This document shows positions 44,931 to 53,983 of a DNA stretch of 64,000 nt, piece by piece. Positions within the stretch are counted from its first letter, which is position 1; the number at the start of each line of letters is the position of its first letter. Source of the DNA: Candidatus Enterousia sp. (GTDB lineage: Bacteria > Pseudomonadota > Alphaproteobacteria > Rs-D84); the NCBI GenBank assembly GCA_045546155.1, contig JAZQCG010000005.1, positions 14,770-78,769 on the forward strand. The letters run 5' to 3'. The notes below the pieces were generated by a model, which saw nothing but the letters and a program-made list of their open reading frames with translations, had not been told where the DNA came from and ran no database searches. The position numbers were made by a program, and so were the translations under genes.

Positions 44931-46699
44931 TATCTTTCAAACCAACCATCGATTTCCGAAATCGGAATAATTTTATAGACCGGCCGACCATGATTACATT
45001 GCCCCGCACGTTCGGTACTTTCAATATCACGCAACAATGCATCCATTTGATTTACGTCTAATTTTTGCCCTGCACGCACCGAATGATGACACGCATAGTT
45101 CGCTAATTTCAAATGCAGTTTTTCATTTAACCCCGACGAATGCCCGTTACTGCGCACCTCTTGCGCAATGGATTTAAGCAACGCGCCCCAATCTAAATCC
45201 CAATCGGCGGGCTTTTCAAAAATCGCAATCGCATCATCCCCGAACGCATCCAGATGCAAACCCGATGCGCGCATTTCATCCGCCACCGTCAAAACCGCCG
45301 CCACGTCTTCTTCACGCATATTGATAACAATCGGTGTCAACAAGGGTTGCGTCTTTATCGCGTGGTTGCGCAATTTTTCATACGTTATGCGTTCGTGTGC
45401 GGCGTGCTGATCAACAACAACCATTGCACTTTCCGTCTGGGCAATAATATATTTATTTCCAATTTGCCCAACAACACGTCCCAATGGCATTTCAATAGCC
45501 GGTGTTTCTGCATCAATAGGCGCATTTTTAAAATCGTTCTGTACGCATGGTTTCTGGGGCAAAACAACATCCGGGGCTGCACGTGATGCAACATGAAACG
45601 CCCCCGGTATCAAACCAAAATCAAAACGCGCCGGCGCAGCACTTTGCGGTTTAAAAAATGTATTATTCGCCGCATTTACACTTGGTTTATCAATCTTTAC
45701 ATTTTGCACAATCGATGGTTGTGAAACCATCGTTCGCGCCAACCTATCCCGCAGATTTTTAATAATAAACGCGCGCACGTGGGATGGTTCTAAAAAATGC
45801 ACTTCTGTCTTAGCCGGCGATACATTAACATCAACCGCCTGGGGGTTCAGCGTTAAATTTAACGCACACAGCGGAAATTCCCGCGCATGCATAACATCCA
45901 TATATGCGGCCCGCAACGCACCAACCAGAACCTTGTCCTTGACCGGGCGACCATTTACAAATAAATATTGATCCACACTGGATGCACGCCGCAATGTCGG
46001 CTCTGATATAAACCCAGACAGTTTTAGCCCAGAATTAGACACAGATTCCGCATCCACATCCAGCATACGTCCACGAACATCATCCCCCATAACCGCCGCA
46101 ATGCGTTCGATTAAATCCTGGTTCTTTGGAAAACGCCATTTGTTATTCAGTGTAAATCCAACATCCACACGCGCCATCGCAAGGCGTTTTACCACCTCTA
46201 ACACACTCATCAATTCGGCGCGGTCGCCACGCAAAAATTTCAATCGTGCCGGTGTTCGCCCAAACAGATTTTTTACCCGAATACGTGTACCTGCATCCCA
46301 TGCGCACGGCTTTATTTCCATAGTGTTGCAATCCAGATGCCATCCATTTGCATCCATACCATTGCACGTATCAATTTCCATATCAGACACAGATGCGATT
46401 GATGGTAATGCTTCGCCACGGAAACCCATAAAATTGATATTTAATAAATCATCGGTCGGTAACTTGGACGTTGCGTGACGCATAACGGCTGTTGCTAAAT
46501 CTTCGCGGCTCATACCCATGCCATTATCAATAACACTGATTAACGTGCGCCCACCATCAACAACGTCTATAACAATCTGGTCTGCCCCCGCATCCAGCGC
46601 ATTTTCCACCAATTCTTTGACCACACTGGCGGGACGTTCGACCACCTCGCCGGCGGCAATTTGATTGATTAAAAAGTCTGGCAACACGCGTACAGACAT
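44930..46699 (-). CDS. mutL: DNA mismatch repair protein MutL (endonuclease type)
   Basis: N-terminal GHKL ATPase (IAAGEVVERPASVVKELVENALDAG) and the C-terminal DQHAAHERITYE endonuclease motif. Confidence 0.92.
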   Translation of the reverse strand: MSVRVLPDFLINQIAAGEVVERPASVVKELVENALDAGADQIVIDVVDGGRTLISVIDNGMGMSREDLATAVMRHATSKLPTDDLLNINFMGFRGEALPSIASVSDMEIDTCNGMDANGWHLDCNTMEIKPCAWDAGTRIRVKNLFGRTPARLKFLRGDRAELMSVLEVVKRLAMARVDVGFTLNNKWRFPKNQDLIERIAAVMGDDVRGRMLDVDAESVSNSGLKLSGFISEPTLRRASSVDQYLFVNGRPVKDKVLVGALRAAYMDVMHAREFPLCALNLTLNPQAVDVNVSPAKTEVHFLEPSHVRAFIIKNLRDRLARTMVSQPSIVQNVKIDKPSVNAANNTFFKPQSAAPARFDFGLIPGAFHVASRAAPDVVLPQKPCVQNDFKNAPIDAETPAIEMPLGRVVGQIGNKYIIAQTESAMVVVDQHAAHERITYEKLRNHAIKTQPLLTPIVINMREEDVAAVLTVADEMRASGLHLDAFGDDAIAIFEKPADWDLDWGALLKSIAQEVRSNGHSSGLNEKLHLKLANYACHHSVRAGQKLDVNQMDALLRDIESTERAGQCNHGRPVYKIIPISEIDGWFER

Positions 46700-46717
46700 C
46701 GTTTCAGCCTTTTATGA

Positions 46718-47188
46718 TTAATCCTTGAATTTCACGTCTAAGATTTCATATTCTTTTTCACCGCCCGGTAATTTAACGATGCATGTATCACCGACACAGC
46801 GACCAATCATTGCCCGCCCAACCGGCGACGTACAAGAAATTACCGTACGCCCATCGGATTCGATGTCCGACAAAATACGACACTGCATAACATTTCCATC
46901 TTCGTCTTCGGCGGTGACACGCGCACCAAACATAACCCGATTCCCAGTCAGACTGTCTACATCAATAATTGCAGCGTTTTCAATAACCCCCTCTATAAAC
47001 TGAATTCGTTTATCAATTTGGCGTTGTTTTTCCTTGGCTGCGCTGTAATCTGCATTTTCAGACAAATCCCCCAGCGACCGTGCCCACTGCACAGTTTTCA
47101 AGATTTCTGGGCGCTGAACTTCCTTTAAATCTTTTAATTCCTTAATCAGATTATCAAATCCCGCACGTGATATTGGTTTCTTTTCCAT
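46718..47188 (-). CDS. greA: Transcription elongation factor GreA
   Basis: GDLSENADYSAAKE coiled-coil tip motif and 156 aa. Confidence 0.92.
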   Translation of the reverse strand: MEKKPISRAGFDNLIKELKDLKEVQRPEILKTVQWARSLGDLSENADYSAAKEKQRQIDKRIQFIEGVIENAAIIDVDSLTGNRVMFGARVTAEDEDGNVMQCRILSDIESDGRTVISCTSPVGRAMIGRCVGDTCIVKLPGGEKEYEILDVKFKD

Positions 47189-47274
47189 GACTATTTCCTA
47201 TACGTTTAGTACACAGATTATAAGAATTCATTTTAATTTTGCAATTAGGAAATCTTCGGTCTATAATTTAAGCC

Positions 47275-48333
47275 ATGTTCAGACTTAATATTTTGACCAG
47301 ATTCCTAATGCGCCGATTTTTTAGCGGCTTTGGCTTGGTAATGCTGGTGGTATGTGGAATTATTTTGGCGGTAACATTTGTTGAACGCTTGCCGTCTAAT
47401 CCGGATGCAATGGCCGCACTTTATGAATCCTGGGTACGATTACTGGAATATGTGCCATTGTTTTTACCGTTGGCGGTATTTATGGGAACATTACTGGCAT
47501 CATATAACCTTACTAAATCCAGCGAAAGCATTATTGTATCCAGCGCCGGTCTTTCCCCATATCAATCGTCACGTCCGTTCTTTGTTGGTGCCGCCATTAT
47601 TGGCATTATTGCGACAACGATTGTCAATCCATACTCTGTCGGGGTCAGCACAAAAAACATTACCCCAAATCATTTAAAGTTGGTCGATAATCAAATCTGG
47701 CTTCGCGAAGCATCACCGAACGGCTTTATTACAATGAACGCTGACACAATGCATAAATCTGGGAATATATTGTTATTTGACAACACAACCATATTTTTCC
47801 AAGACCCATCCTTTAAACTGGTCGAACGAATAAGTGCCGAAACCATACGTTTATCTGACGATGGCCTAAACGCAACAAATGCAACCATTTGGGACAGCGA
47901 CGGCAATATGCGCAAATCAGATTGGCATACCGACACCCTGCTAAATCCGCAAACGGTTCTGGACCGTTATTTGCAACCAGATCAAATTTCGTTTTGGCAA
48001 CTGCCCAGTTTTATCAGCAAGATGTCTGAAATCGGTGCACCAACCCGCGGCCACTTGGTTCAGTTTTGGACATTACTGTTTTTACCATTAACTATGATTG
48101 CTATGGCAACACTGGGGGTCGCATTTTCCCAGACCAAACAGCGCCGTAATTACAGTTTTGGTGTAAAATTCAGCATTGGTATTTTGACCTGTTTTGCAGT
48201 GTACTTTTTAACAAACATGTTTAACGCATTGGGCGCAACTGGAACATTACCACCATTACTTGCCATTATTGCGCCACCACTGATTATCATCGCAGGTGCT
48301 GGGATATTTATCACCAGTTTTGACACAATTTAA
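47275..48333 (+). CDS. lptG: LPS export ABC permease, LptF/LptG family (LptG-like)
   Basis: YjgP/YjgQ architecture: three TM segments, a periplasmic beta-jellyroll, then three TM segments. Confidence 0.8.
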   Translation: MFRLNILTRFLMRRFFSGFGLVMLVVCGIILAVTFVERLPSNPDAMAALYESWVRLLEYVPLFLPLAVFMGTLLASYNLTKSSESIIVSSAGLSPYQSSRPFFVGAAIIGIIATTIVNPYSVGVSTKNITPNHLKLVDNQIWLREASPNGFITMNADTMHKSGNILLFDNTTIFFQDPSFKLVERISAETIRLSDDGLNATNATIWDSDGNMRKSDWHTDTLLNPQTVLDRYLQPDQISFWQLPSFISKMSEIGAPTRGHLVQFWTLLFLPLTMIAMATLGVAFSQTKQRRNYSFGVKFSIGILTCFAVYFLTNMFNALGATGTLPPLLAIIAPPLIIIAGAGIFITSFDTI

Positions 48334-48351
48334 ACACATAGGGTTAAATTT

Positions 48352-48486
48352 ATGCCAATCAAGAAGAAAAAGAACAATACATTTATTAAATTTTTGGTCT
48401 GGATACTTGTCTTGTCGCTTATTGGACTGATGATAATATCCTTTGCCCCGGTACAACACATGAACGAAATCGTGGTATACCCATGA
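48352..48486 (+). CDS. Possible small membrane protein (44 aa, absent from the ORF track)
   Basis: My translation is MPIKKKKNNTFIKFLVWILVLSLIGLMIISFAPVQHMNEIVVYP. It has a basic N-terminus, one TM segment, and a stop forming an ATGA overlap with the xerD start. No strong SD. Confidence 0.35.
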   Translation: MPIKKKKNNTFIKFLVWILVLSLIGLMIISFAPVQHMNEIVVYP

Positions 48487-49349
48487 ACTATATAGACATA
48501 TTTTTAGAAGCCCTGTCTGCTGAACGCGGGCGCAGTCAAAAAACATTGGCAAGTTATGAATCCGACCTGCGCTTGGCAAACGATGCAATCGCCGGGGGAC
48601 TGATGACGGCGAACGCAGACGCATTGCAATCATATTTATCCAGCCTGTCTGAAAAGCCGACATCCATCGCCCGCAAGGCATCTGCCCTGCGCGGTTTTTA
48701 CAAATTTTTAATGCTGGAAAAAATTATTACAAAAAACCCAGCAGCTAATCTTGAATTACCAAAACGCGGTCGTACATTACCAAAATTTTTATCAACCGAT
48801 GAAATAGACCTGCTTATTTCATCGGCGGGCGACATAAAAACTTCTACACGTCTGCGTGCAATGATTGAATTGCTGTACGCATCGGGCCTGCGGGTATCGG
48901 AATTATGTGAATTGCCAATGACGGCCATACTGGGCGATAAATTATTAATCCACGGCAAAGGCGCTAAGGAACGCATTGTCCCCATGCACAGCGGCGCTGT
49001 CAACGCACTAAACAAATGGCTAAACGCACGTGGTGACAACCCATCCAAGTATGTATTTCCATCGCGTGGCACATCTGGTCACATAACCCGTGACGCATTT
49101 TTTAAATTATTAAAGAAGTGCGCTATATTATCTGGCATTGAACCGACACGCGTATCACCACACGTACTGCGCCACTCGTTTGCATCACATTTGCTGGCCG
49201 GCGGTGCAAATTTACGCGCAATTCAAACAATGTTGGGACACGAAGACATTTCAACGACACAAATATACACACATGTTTTACCGGAACAGTTGCGCGAAAC
49301 AATTGAAATGTGTCATCCCCTGTCTAATACAAAGGAAAATGATAAATGA
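48483..49349 (+). CDS. xerD: Tyrosine recombinase XerD
   Basis: The N-terminal ...ERGRSQKTLASYESDL pattern is XerD-like. Catalytic R...HxxR...Y residues are present (ASGLRVSEL, HVLRHSFASHL, TQIYTH). Confidence 0.8.
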   Translation: MNYIDIFLEALSAERGRSQKTLASYESDLRLANDAIAGGLMTANADALQSYLSSLSEKPTSIARKASALRGFYKFLMLEKIITKNPAANLELPKRGRTLPKFLSTDEIDLLISSAGDIKTSTRLRAMIELLYASGLRVSELCELPMTAILGDKLLIHGKGAKERIVPMHSGAVNALNKWLNARGDNPSKYVFPSRGTSGHITRDAFFKLLKKCAILSGIEPTRVSPHVLRHSFASHLLAGGANLRAIQTMLGHEDISTTQIYTHVLPEQLRETIEMCHPLSNTKENDK

Positions 49350-49849
49350 TAAAAAAATGTGATAAACCCGGTTGCACCAAGGCCGGCACATGCCGCGCCC
49401 CAAAATCACGTGATTTGCGTGATTACTGGTTTTTTTGCCCAGAACACGCCGCCGAATATAACAAGAATTGGAATTATTACGCAGATATGACACCCGACGA
49501 AATCGAAGACGATTGGGAACGTCAAACATTTGGCGCACCATTAAAGGACAAAGACACCGCCAACACGGATGCCAACGATTATGCACGCTTTATCAATGAT
49601 TTTATCACAGGCCGATCTAAATTTGATAAAATGCCCGCAAAAAGTAAATTACCAACCAATGTCGTATCATCATTAAAGGTATTTGATTTGGGAATATCCG
49701 CCACATGGCGTGACGTTGGTGTTAAATACCGCGCACTGGCGAAAAAGTACCACCCCGACACCGCAGATGACAAGAAAAATGCCGCCACCGAATTTGCGCG
49801 TATTTCCACCGCATATGAAATATTAAAGAAGCATTTTGGAAAAAAGTAA
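49346..49849 (+). CDS. J-domain protein (C-terminal DnaJ domain, N-terminal Cys cluster)
   Basis: HPD motif in YRALAKKYHPDT. N-terminal CDKPGCTKAGTCRAP...FFCPEH. Confidence 0.8.
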   Translation: MIKKCDKPGCTKAGTCRAPKSRDLRDYWFFCPEHAAEYNKNWNYYADMTPDEIEDDWERQTFGAPLKDKDTANTDANDYARFINDFITGRSKFDKMPAKSKLPTNVVSSLKVFDLGISATWRDVGVKYRALAKKYHPDTADDKKNAATEFARISTAYEILKKHFGKK

Positions 49850-49884
49850 AAATCCCCCAGCAAAAAAACTGGGGGATTTTTACT
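49845..49884. terminator. Bidirectional terminator
   Basis: AAAAATCCCCCAG-caaaaaaa-CTGGGGGATTTTT between convergent genes. Confidence 0.8.
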
Positions 49885-50161
49885 ATGACATTGGGCACGC
49901 CTCTGTAAATTCGTATGTACCAGTATCGTCTGTATATGACATCCCCACCGGCGCATACATTATGCACGACCCCGCGGGATTGGATACCAGGCACGATTCC
50001 GCCGTGCCAACGGAAACATAGCCACTGGGGCATGATGTTGCAATTATTGTGTCCGGCATGTCAATTGCGATATAACCCGATGGACAACTGACACTTGGTG
50101 CGGCGGCGTGCGCCAAAATCGGCACACACATAAGAAAAAATATAATTCGTTTCATTAGCAC
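49883..50161 (-). CDS. Small secreted Cys-rich protein with CPSGY repeats
   Basis: Signal peptide and two SCPSGY(I/V) repeats. The C-terminal YTDDTGTYEFTEAC resembles FSDSFGTWEYGQNC of the 38453 protein. Confidence 0.65.
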   Translation of the reverse strand: MLMKRIIFFLMCVPILAHAAAPSVSCPSGYIAIDMPDTIIATSCPSGYVSVGTAESCLVSNPAGSCIMYAPVGMSYTDDTGTYEFTEACPMS

Positions 50162-50167
50162 TACCCT

Positions 50168-50599
50168 TTAATTAACCAGGTTCAATAATATCGCAGATCG
50201 TAATTCTAAATCCGTATCCGCAAAATATTCCGCACAGGTGTACCCGCAACTGTATAGGCAGTTTGCAGTATTTTTACCAGCAAACACCCACTTCGATACC
50301 GCAGGTTCAGTCATCATACACCAACAATATATGTTATCTGTCGCATTATCTGATACAGTTAACCAGCTAATTGGTTCACCATCGGGTTGATCAGAACAGG
50401 CCGAAACACCAGATACACTTATAGTTGTACCGGTGAATACATCACACGCATTACCCCAATTAACATCACCAAAATTAGTTCCACCATTGTAACACCATGT
50501 CATATCTGGTTCGTCGTTCAACGCCACGCATTTTTGTACCGCCAACGCCGGCGTGGCAAGCAACGCACCCACCGCGGTTAAAGTTAAAAGTTTTTTCAT
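50168..50599 (-). CDS. Secreted Cys-rich protein
   Basis: Start placed at ATG 50599 (MKKLLTLTAVGALLATPALA), 8 nt after SD AAGGAG. The ORF-track start at 50608 is a GTG inside the SD. The mature part has 12 Cys. Confidence 0.7.
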   Translation of the reverse strand: MKKLLTLTAVGALLATPALAVQKCVALNDEPDMTWCYNGGTNFGDVNWGNACDVFTGTTISVSGVSACSDQPDGEPISWLTVSDNATDNIYCWCMMTEPAVSKWVFAGKNTANCLYSCGYTCAEYFADTDLELRSAILLNLVN

Positions 50600-50874
50600 C
50601 TGTTTCACTCCTTTTTGTTTATTCGCGAAAAAACAAAAACCACCGAATAAATTCGAGTGGTCAGGAGGTTAGAAACAATCTCAAGTATTGCGTGCTTATT
50701 CAATATATTCGCAACCCTCCTGACGCAAATATCAGGAGTCTTTCAACAGAATACGCCCCCACAATGTTTTTCAACACAGGTTTATATTCCATCGCTTGAG
50801 TGAGGTTTCTACGCCCCATCACGATAAAATCATCGTGACATATATATTATAGCCAATTGTTTACTATTCTGCAA
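50600..50874 (-). promoter_or_regulatory. Structured 5' leader, copy 4, with promoter and intrinsic terminator
   Basis: Promoter TTGCAG-17-TATAAT (50874-50846). P1 TAGAAAC/GTTTCTA, P1b CTCAAG/CTTGAG, P2 CTCCTGA/TCAGGAG, P3 TTGCG/CGCAA. Terminator stem 50640-50660 plus U-run. Confidence 0.7.
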
Positions 50875-50884
50875 ATACTTAGAT

Positions 50885-50920
50885 AAATAAAAAGTCCCCC
50901 GGCACAAAGCTGGGGGGGAC
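50885..50920 (-). terminator. Rho-independent terminator downstream of trxB
   Basis: GTCCCCCCCAG-ctttg-TGCCGGGGGAC plus TTTTTATTT on the minus strand. Confidence 0.75.
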
Positions 50921-50952
50921 AAAAACAAAAGTAATTGAACAAATGTGCCACA

Positions 50953-51013
50953 TGTGGTGGTTTTGACAAGTGTAGTGTACAAATTGTTACATGAACTTGT
51001 CAAAACCGCCACA
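50953..51013. repeat. Long perfect-like hairpin (19-bp stem)
   Basis: TGTGGTGGTTTTGACAAGT ... ACTTGTCAAAACCGCCACA with a 23-nt loop, between the trxB stop and its terminator. Confidence 0.6.
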
Positions 51014-51033
51014 GATGAACCGGTTGGCATTTA

Positions 51034-51951
51034 TTATTGCTTATTCAAATATGCGATTGCATCCATTGCGGCACTGCACCCCGTACCAACGGCCGTCGCA
51101 ATCTGCATCTTTAATTCTGAATGAACATCACCCGCGACAAAGATGCCCGCCGGCATCTGACATGGGCTAAGGCGTCCCATATTATCGCGCGCAATATCTT
51201 CGCTCAAGAAATCTGTATTCGCTTCGTGTCCAATGGCAACAAACAAACCATCCGTTTCAATCTGTGCGCCATCTGTGGTTGTAACGATTAATCGACCGTC
51301 TGGGTCACCTGGCTTTTCTGCGATTTTTGCCAGGTCTGTATTAAACAAACACTCGATATTTTCACGTTGCGCTACGCGTTCACGCAATACAGCCTCGGCC
51401 CGGGTAAATGCCCCCTTGCGGTAAACGATTTTAACGGTCTTTGCCAAATCTGCCAGATACAGTGCATCGTTCAGCGCACTGTTTCCGCCACCCATAACGA
51501 TAACATCTTTGTAACTATAAAAGAATCCATCGCACGTTGCGCAATATGAAACGCCCCGCCCCATTAATTCACGTGCGCCTTCTATTTCCAGTTTACGTGG
51601 TGATGCGCCGGTTGCAATGATGACGGTTTTACCAACATAATGTTTTCCATTATCGCCCAATACGTTAAAGCCCGATTCTGCATCGCCATCAATACTTTTT
51701 GCAGATACAAACACAACCTCTGCGCCAAATGATTCAGCCTGACCTTTCATAAATTCGGCCAATTCCATCCCAGACCCGCGCCATCCTGGATAGTTTTCCA
51801 GTGTTGCGATACCCGCCATTTGACCGCCCAAACGATCACCACCTAAAACGATAGTCTTTTTATTTGCACGTCCCGCATACAGCGCCGCCGTCAACCCCGC
51901 CGGGCCCGACCCCAAAATAATAACATCATACATTACAAATGTATCAGACAT
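51034..51951 (-). CDS. trxB: Thioredoxin-disulfide reductase
   Basis: GSGPAG FAD motif, CATCDG redox centre and GGGNSA NADPH motif. Start at MSDTFVMYDVIILG. Confidence 0.92.
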   Translation of the reverse strand: MSDTFVMYDVIILGSGPAGLTAALYAGRANKKTIVLGGDRLGGQMAGIATLENYPGWRGSGMELAEFMKGQAESFGAEVVFVSAKSIDGDAESGFNVLGDNGKHYVGKTVIIATGASPRKLEIEGARELMGRGVSYCATCDGFFYSYKDVIVMGGGNSALNDALYLADLAKTVKIVYRKGAFTRAEAVLRERVAQRENIECLFNTDLAKIAEKPGDPDGRLIVTTTDGAQIETDGLFVAIGHEANTDFLSEDIARDNMGRLSPCQMPAGIFVAGDVHSELKMQIATAVGTGCSAAMDAIAYLNKQ

Positions 51952-52016
51952 AACAAAACCTTTCCCTTTCATTAACACGGGCACAGATTAACACATAGAA
52001 AATAAATAATCAAACC

Positions 52017-52976
52017 CTAAAACAGCATTTGCCCCACATGGAAACAACGCAGTGACGCATCACATACCAGTGTCATATTCAAATTCCGCATACGTTCACA
52101 GAATTTTAAATCTTCGGAACAGATATAGAATTTATCGTCTTTTTTACCTTCGACATATTCGAACCAGTTACCTTCGAATTCCTTCATTGCATGGAATACT
52201 GAATTTTTAACCAACGTGCATCCGAATCCGCATCCCCCAATTGGCACAGGCGTCCCACCCGCCCATTTGACTAATTCTTCTTCCATAACATTTTCCAGTT
52301 CTTCACTAAAACGCTTGCGCGCATAAATTTCTGAAATTTTTGGTCCATTTGGTATTTTTTTGATATACCACCCTGTTGCTAAATCCGCATTTGCCCGCAT
52401 CAGATTAACCAGCAAATGTTGTGGCAAAATCACATCTGAATCCACGAACAGTGTATAATCATATTCCCCGGCCAATGTTTCGAACACTTGGCGATTGCGG
52501 GCCTGGACCACGGTATATCCCTGTTGATAGTTAAAGTCAGCCTCTACATTTTCTGGGATAATTAATGTAAATATAGATTTCAGTGTTTCTTTGCACACAC
52601 GTTCAAAACATGGGATTGTAATCAACACGCGTGTTTTATGTGTATGCAACATACGCCCGAATACGCATTGTGGTAAAACCTCGCGTCCGTTAAAGTATCG
52701 GTCACGGTTGTAAATTACGCGATTTTCCGGCTTAACATTTTCCAGTATTTTTGCGATTTTTTGTGCATTTACCTGAACCTTGGAAATTTCTGGATGAAAA
52801 ATATTGACACAGTTAAAAGATACCACCGTATCATAATTTTTTTCGGCCATTTCATCGGTAATATCGCCCAGGTTAACCACATCGGCATCACCCGCCAAAT
52901 CAGATTCAATCCATTTAACATCTTCGTCACGAACGTTCATATAATCTGGGAAAGAATTAACAATTAAAATTTTCAT
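52017..52976 (-). CDS. Family-2-like glycosyltransferase with an extra N-terminal domain
   Basis: VLITIPCFER, DSD (DxD) and SEDLKFCERM motifs typical of the GT-A/GT2 fold. Start at MKILIVNSF. Confidence 0.7.
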   Translation of the reverse strand: MKILIVNSFPDYMNVRDEDVKWIESDLAGDADVVNLGDITDEMAEKNYDTVVSFNCVNIFHPEISKVQVNAQKIAKILENVKPENRVIYNRDRYFNGREVLPQCVFGRMLHTHKTRVLITIPCFERVCKETLKSIFTLIIPENVEADFNYQQGYTVVQARNRQVFETLAGEYDYTLFVDSDVILPQHLLVNLMRANADLATGWYIKKIPNGPKISEIYARKRFSEELENVMEEELVKWAGGTPVPIGGCGFGCTLVKNSVFHAMKEFEGNWFEYVEGKKDDKFYICSEDLKFCERMRNLNMTLVCDASLRCFHVGQMLF

Positions 52977-53039
52977 ACCATATCCTTTTTTATGTTTGTT
53001 CTCTCTGTTGCCCATTCATGTATGAATGTCCCGACGCCC

Positions 53040-53963
53040 TTAGAACTGGGCGTTCATCAAAATATAGAAATCATTTAAGGTCACGCCGTAAATCGTACCG
53101 TTTTGCACAACCGGGAAATAAATCGTACCAGTATTTTTCTGTAATTCTTCGGCGGTTGTGGTCTGTTCAATTTTAACCTGACTTCCTTCTACCGTACCAA
53201 TAACAGTACCCAGAGTATTTACACTATGATAGGATGGAACTTGTCCGGTAGAACCATAACCGGCTGCCAAAACATGGGTTATTTTGCCAGTTCCATTCCC
53301 TCTGAACAAATACGACGTCAAGCCATCACTATTATTACCACTTCCACTTACCTGCACCCAACCAGCACTACCATAAGACGAAGACCCCATCAATACATAT
53401 GGACTACTACCGATTCCAGACTTACTATTGAAAACCATATACGACCCCCACATTGACCCATAGGTCATCCCCACGTGAGAACCAGCCACTTGTCTCAATC
53501 CACCTCTATAGTCACCCATAATAAAATACTGTTCCGAACCATAGCCAATACTACAAAACGACCCCAGATTCTTCCCTAAAAAGCCTATCAAATCAGGCAT
53601 ACCCACATATCCATATGGACCACCCGACCCAGATCCAACCAACACAGACCAACCACCATATGCATAGCCAGTAGAACTAAAACCTGTCAACGGCGCATAC
53701 CCTGTAATCTTAGAACCTGGAATTTTCGATGCCAAATCTGAAATCGACACGCCGCTGTACGGGCCACCAACGGTCGACCCCGCCAACAGATACGACCCAT
53801 ACGACCCCGATGCATACCCCGAAATCACAGAACCCGCAGGAATCGGGCTTTGGTTTTGAACCCAACGTTGAACATAATCAATTGATGCAATATCTGCGCC
53901 CGCCGGCACCGCAACCATCATTCCGGCAACTGATAAACTAATATTTTTGGCGGTTTTCTGCAT
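53040..53963 (-). CDS. Secreted Gly/Ser/Tyr-rich repeat protein
   Basis: Signal peptide (...AVPAGA), then DIASIDYVQ. The low-complexity body has recurring S/G-GYG, GGPYG and SGSYGS motifs. The C-terminus ends in F. Confidence 0.7.
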   Translation of the reverse strand: MQKTAKNISLSVAGMMVAVPAGADIASIDYVQRWVQNQSPIPAGSVISGYASGSYGSYLLAGSTVGGPYSGVSISDLASKIPGSKITGYAPLTGFSSTGYAYGGWSVLVGSGSGGPYGYVGMPDLIGFLGKNLGSFCSIGYGSEQYFIMGDYRGGLRQVAGSHVGMTYGSMWGSYMVFNSKSGIGSSPYVLMGSSSYGSAGWVQVSGSGNNSDGLTSYLFRGNGTGKITHVLAAGYGSTGQVPSYHSVNTLGTVIGTVEGSQVKIEQTTTAEELQKNTGTIYFPVVQNGTIYGVTLNDFYILMNAQF

Positions 53964-53983
53964 TTTCCCCTCGTTCCTTTTGT

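Noticed and set aside
48483-49349. Tyrosine recombinase as a marker of a prophage or integrative element
   Set aside because: The sequence pattern and the housekeeping context (lptG, J-domain protein) fit chromosomal XerD. No att-like repeats, phage genes or tRNA target lie adjacent.
50830-51030. 66-aa minus-strand ORF
   Set aside because: It spans the long hairpin, the trxB terminator and the copy 4 promoter. It has no SD and an implausible composition.
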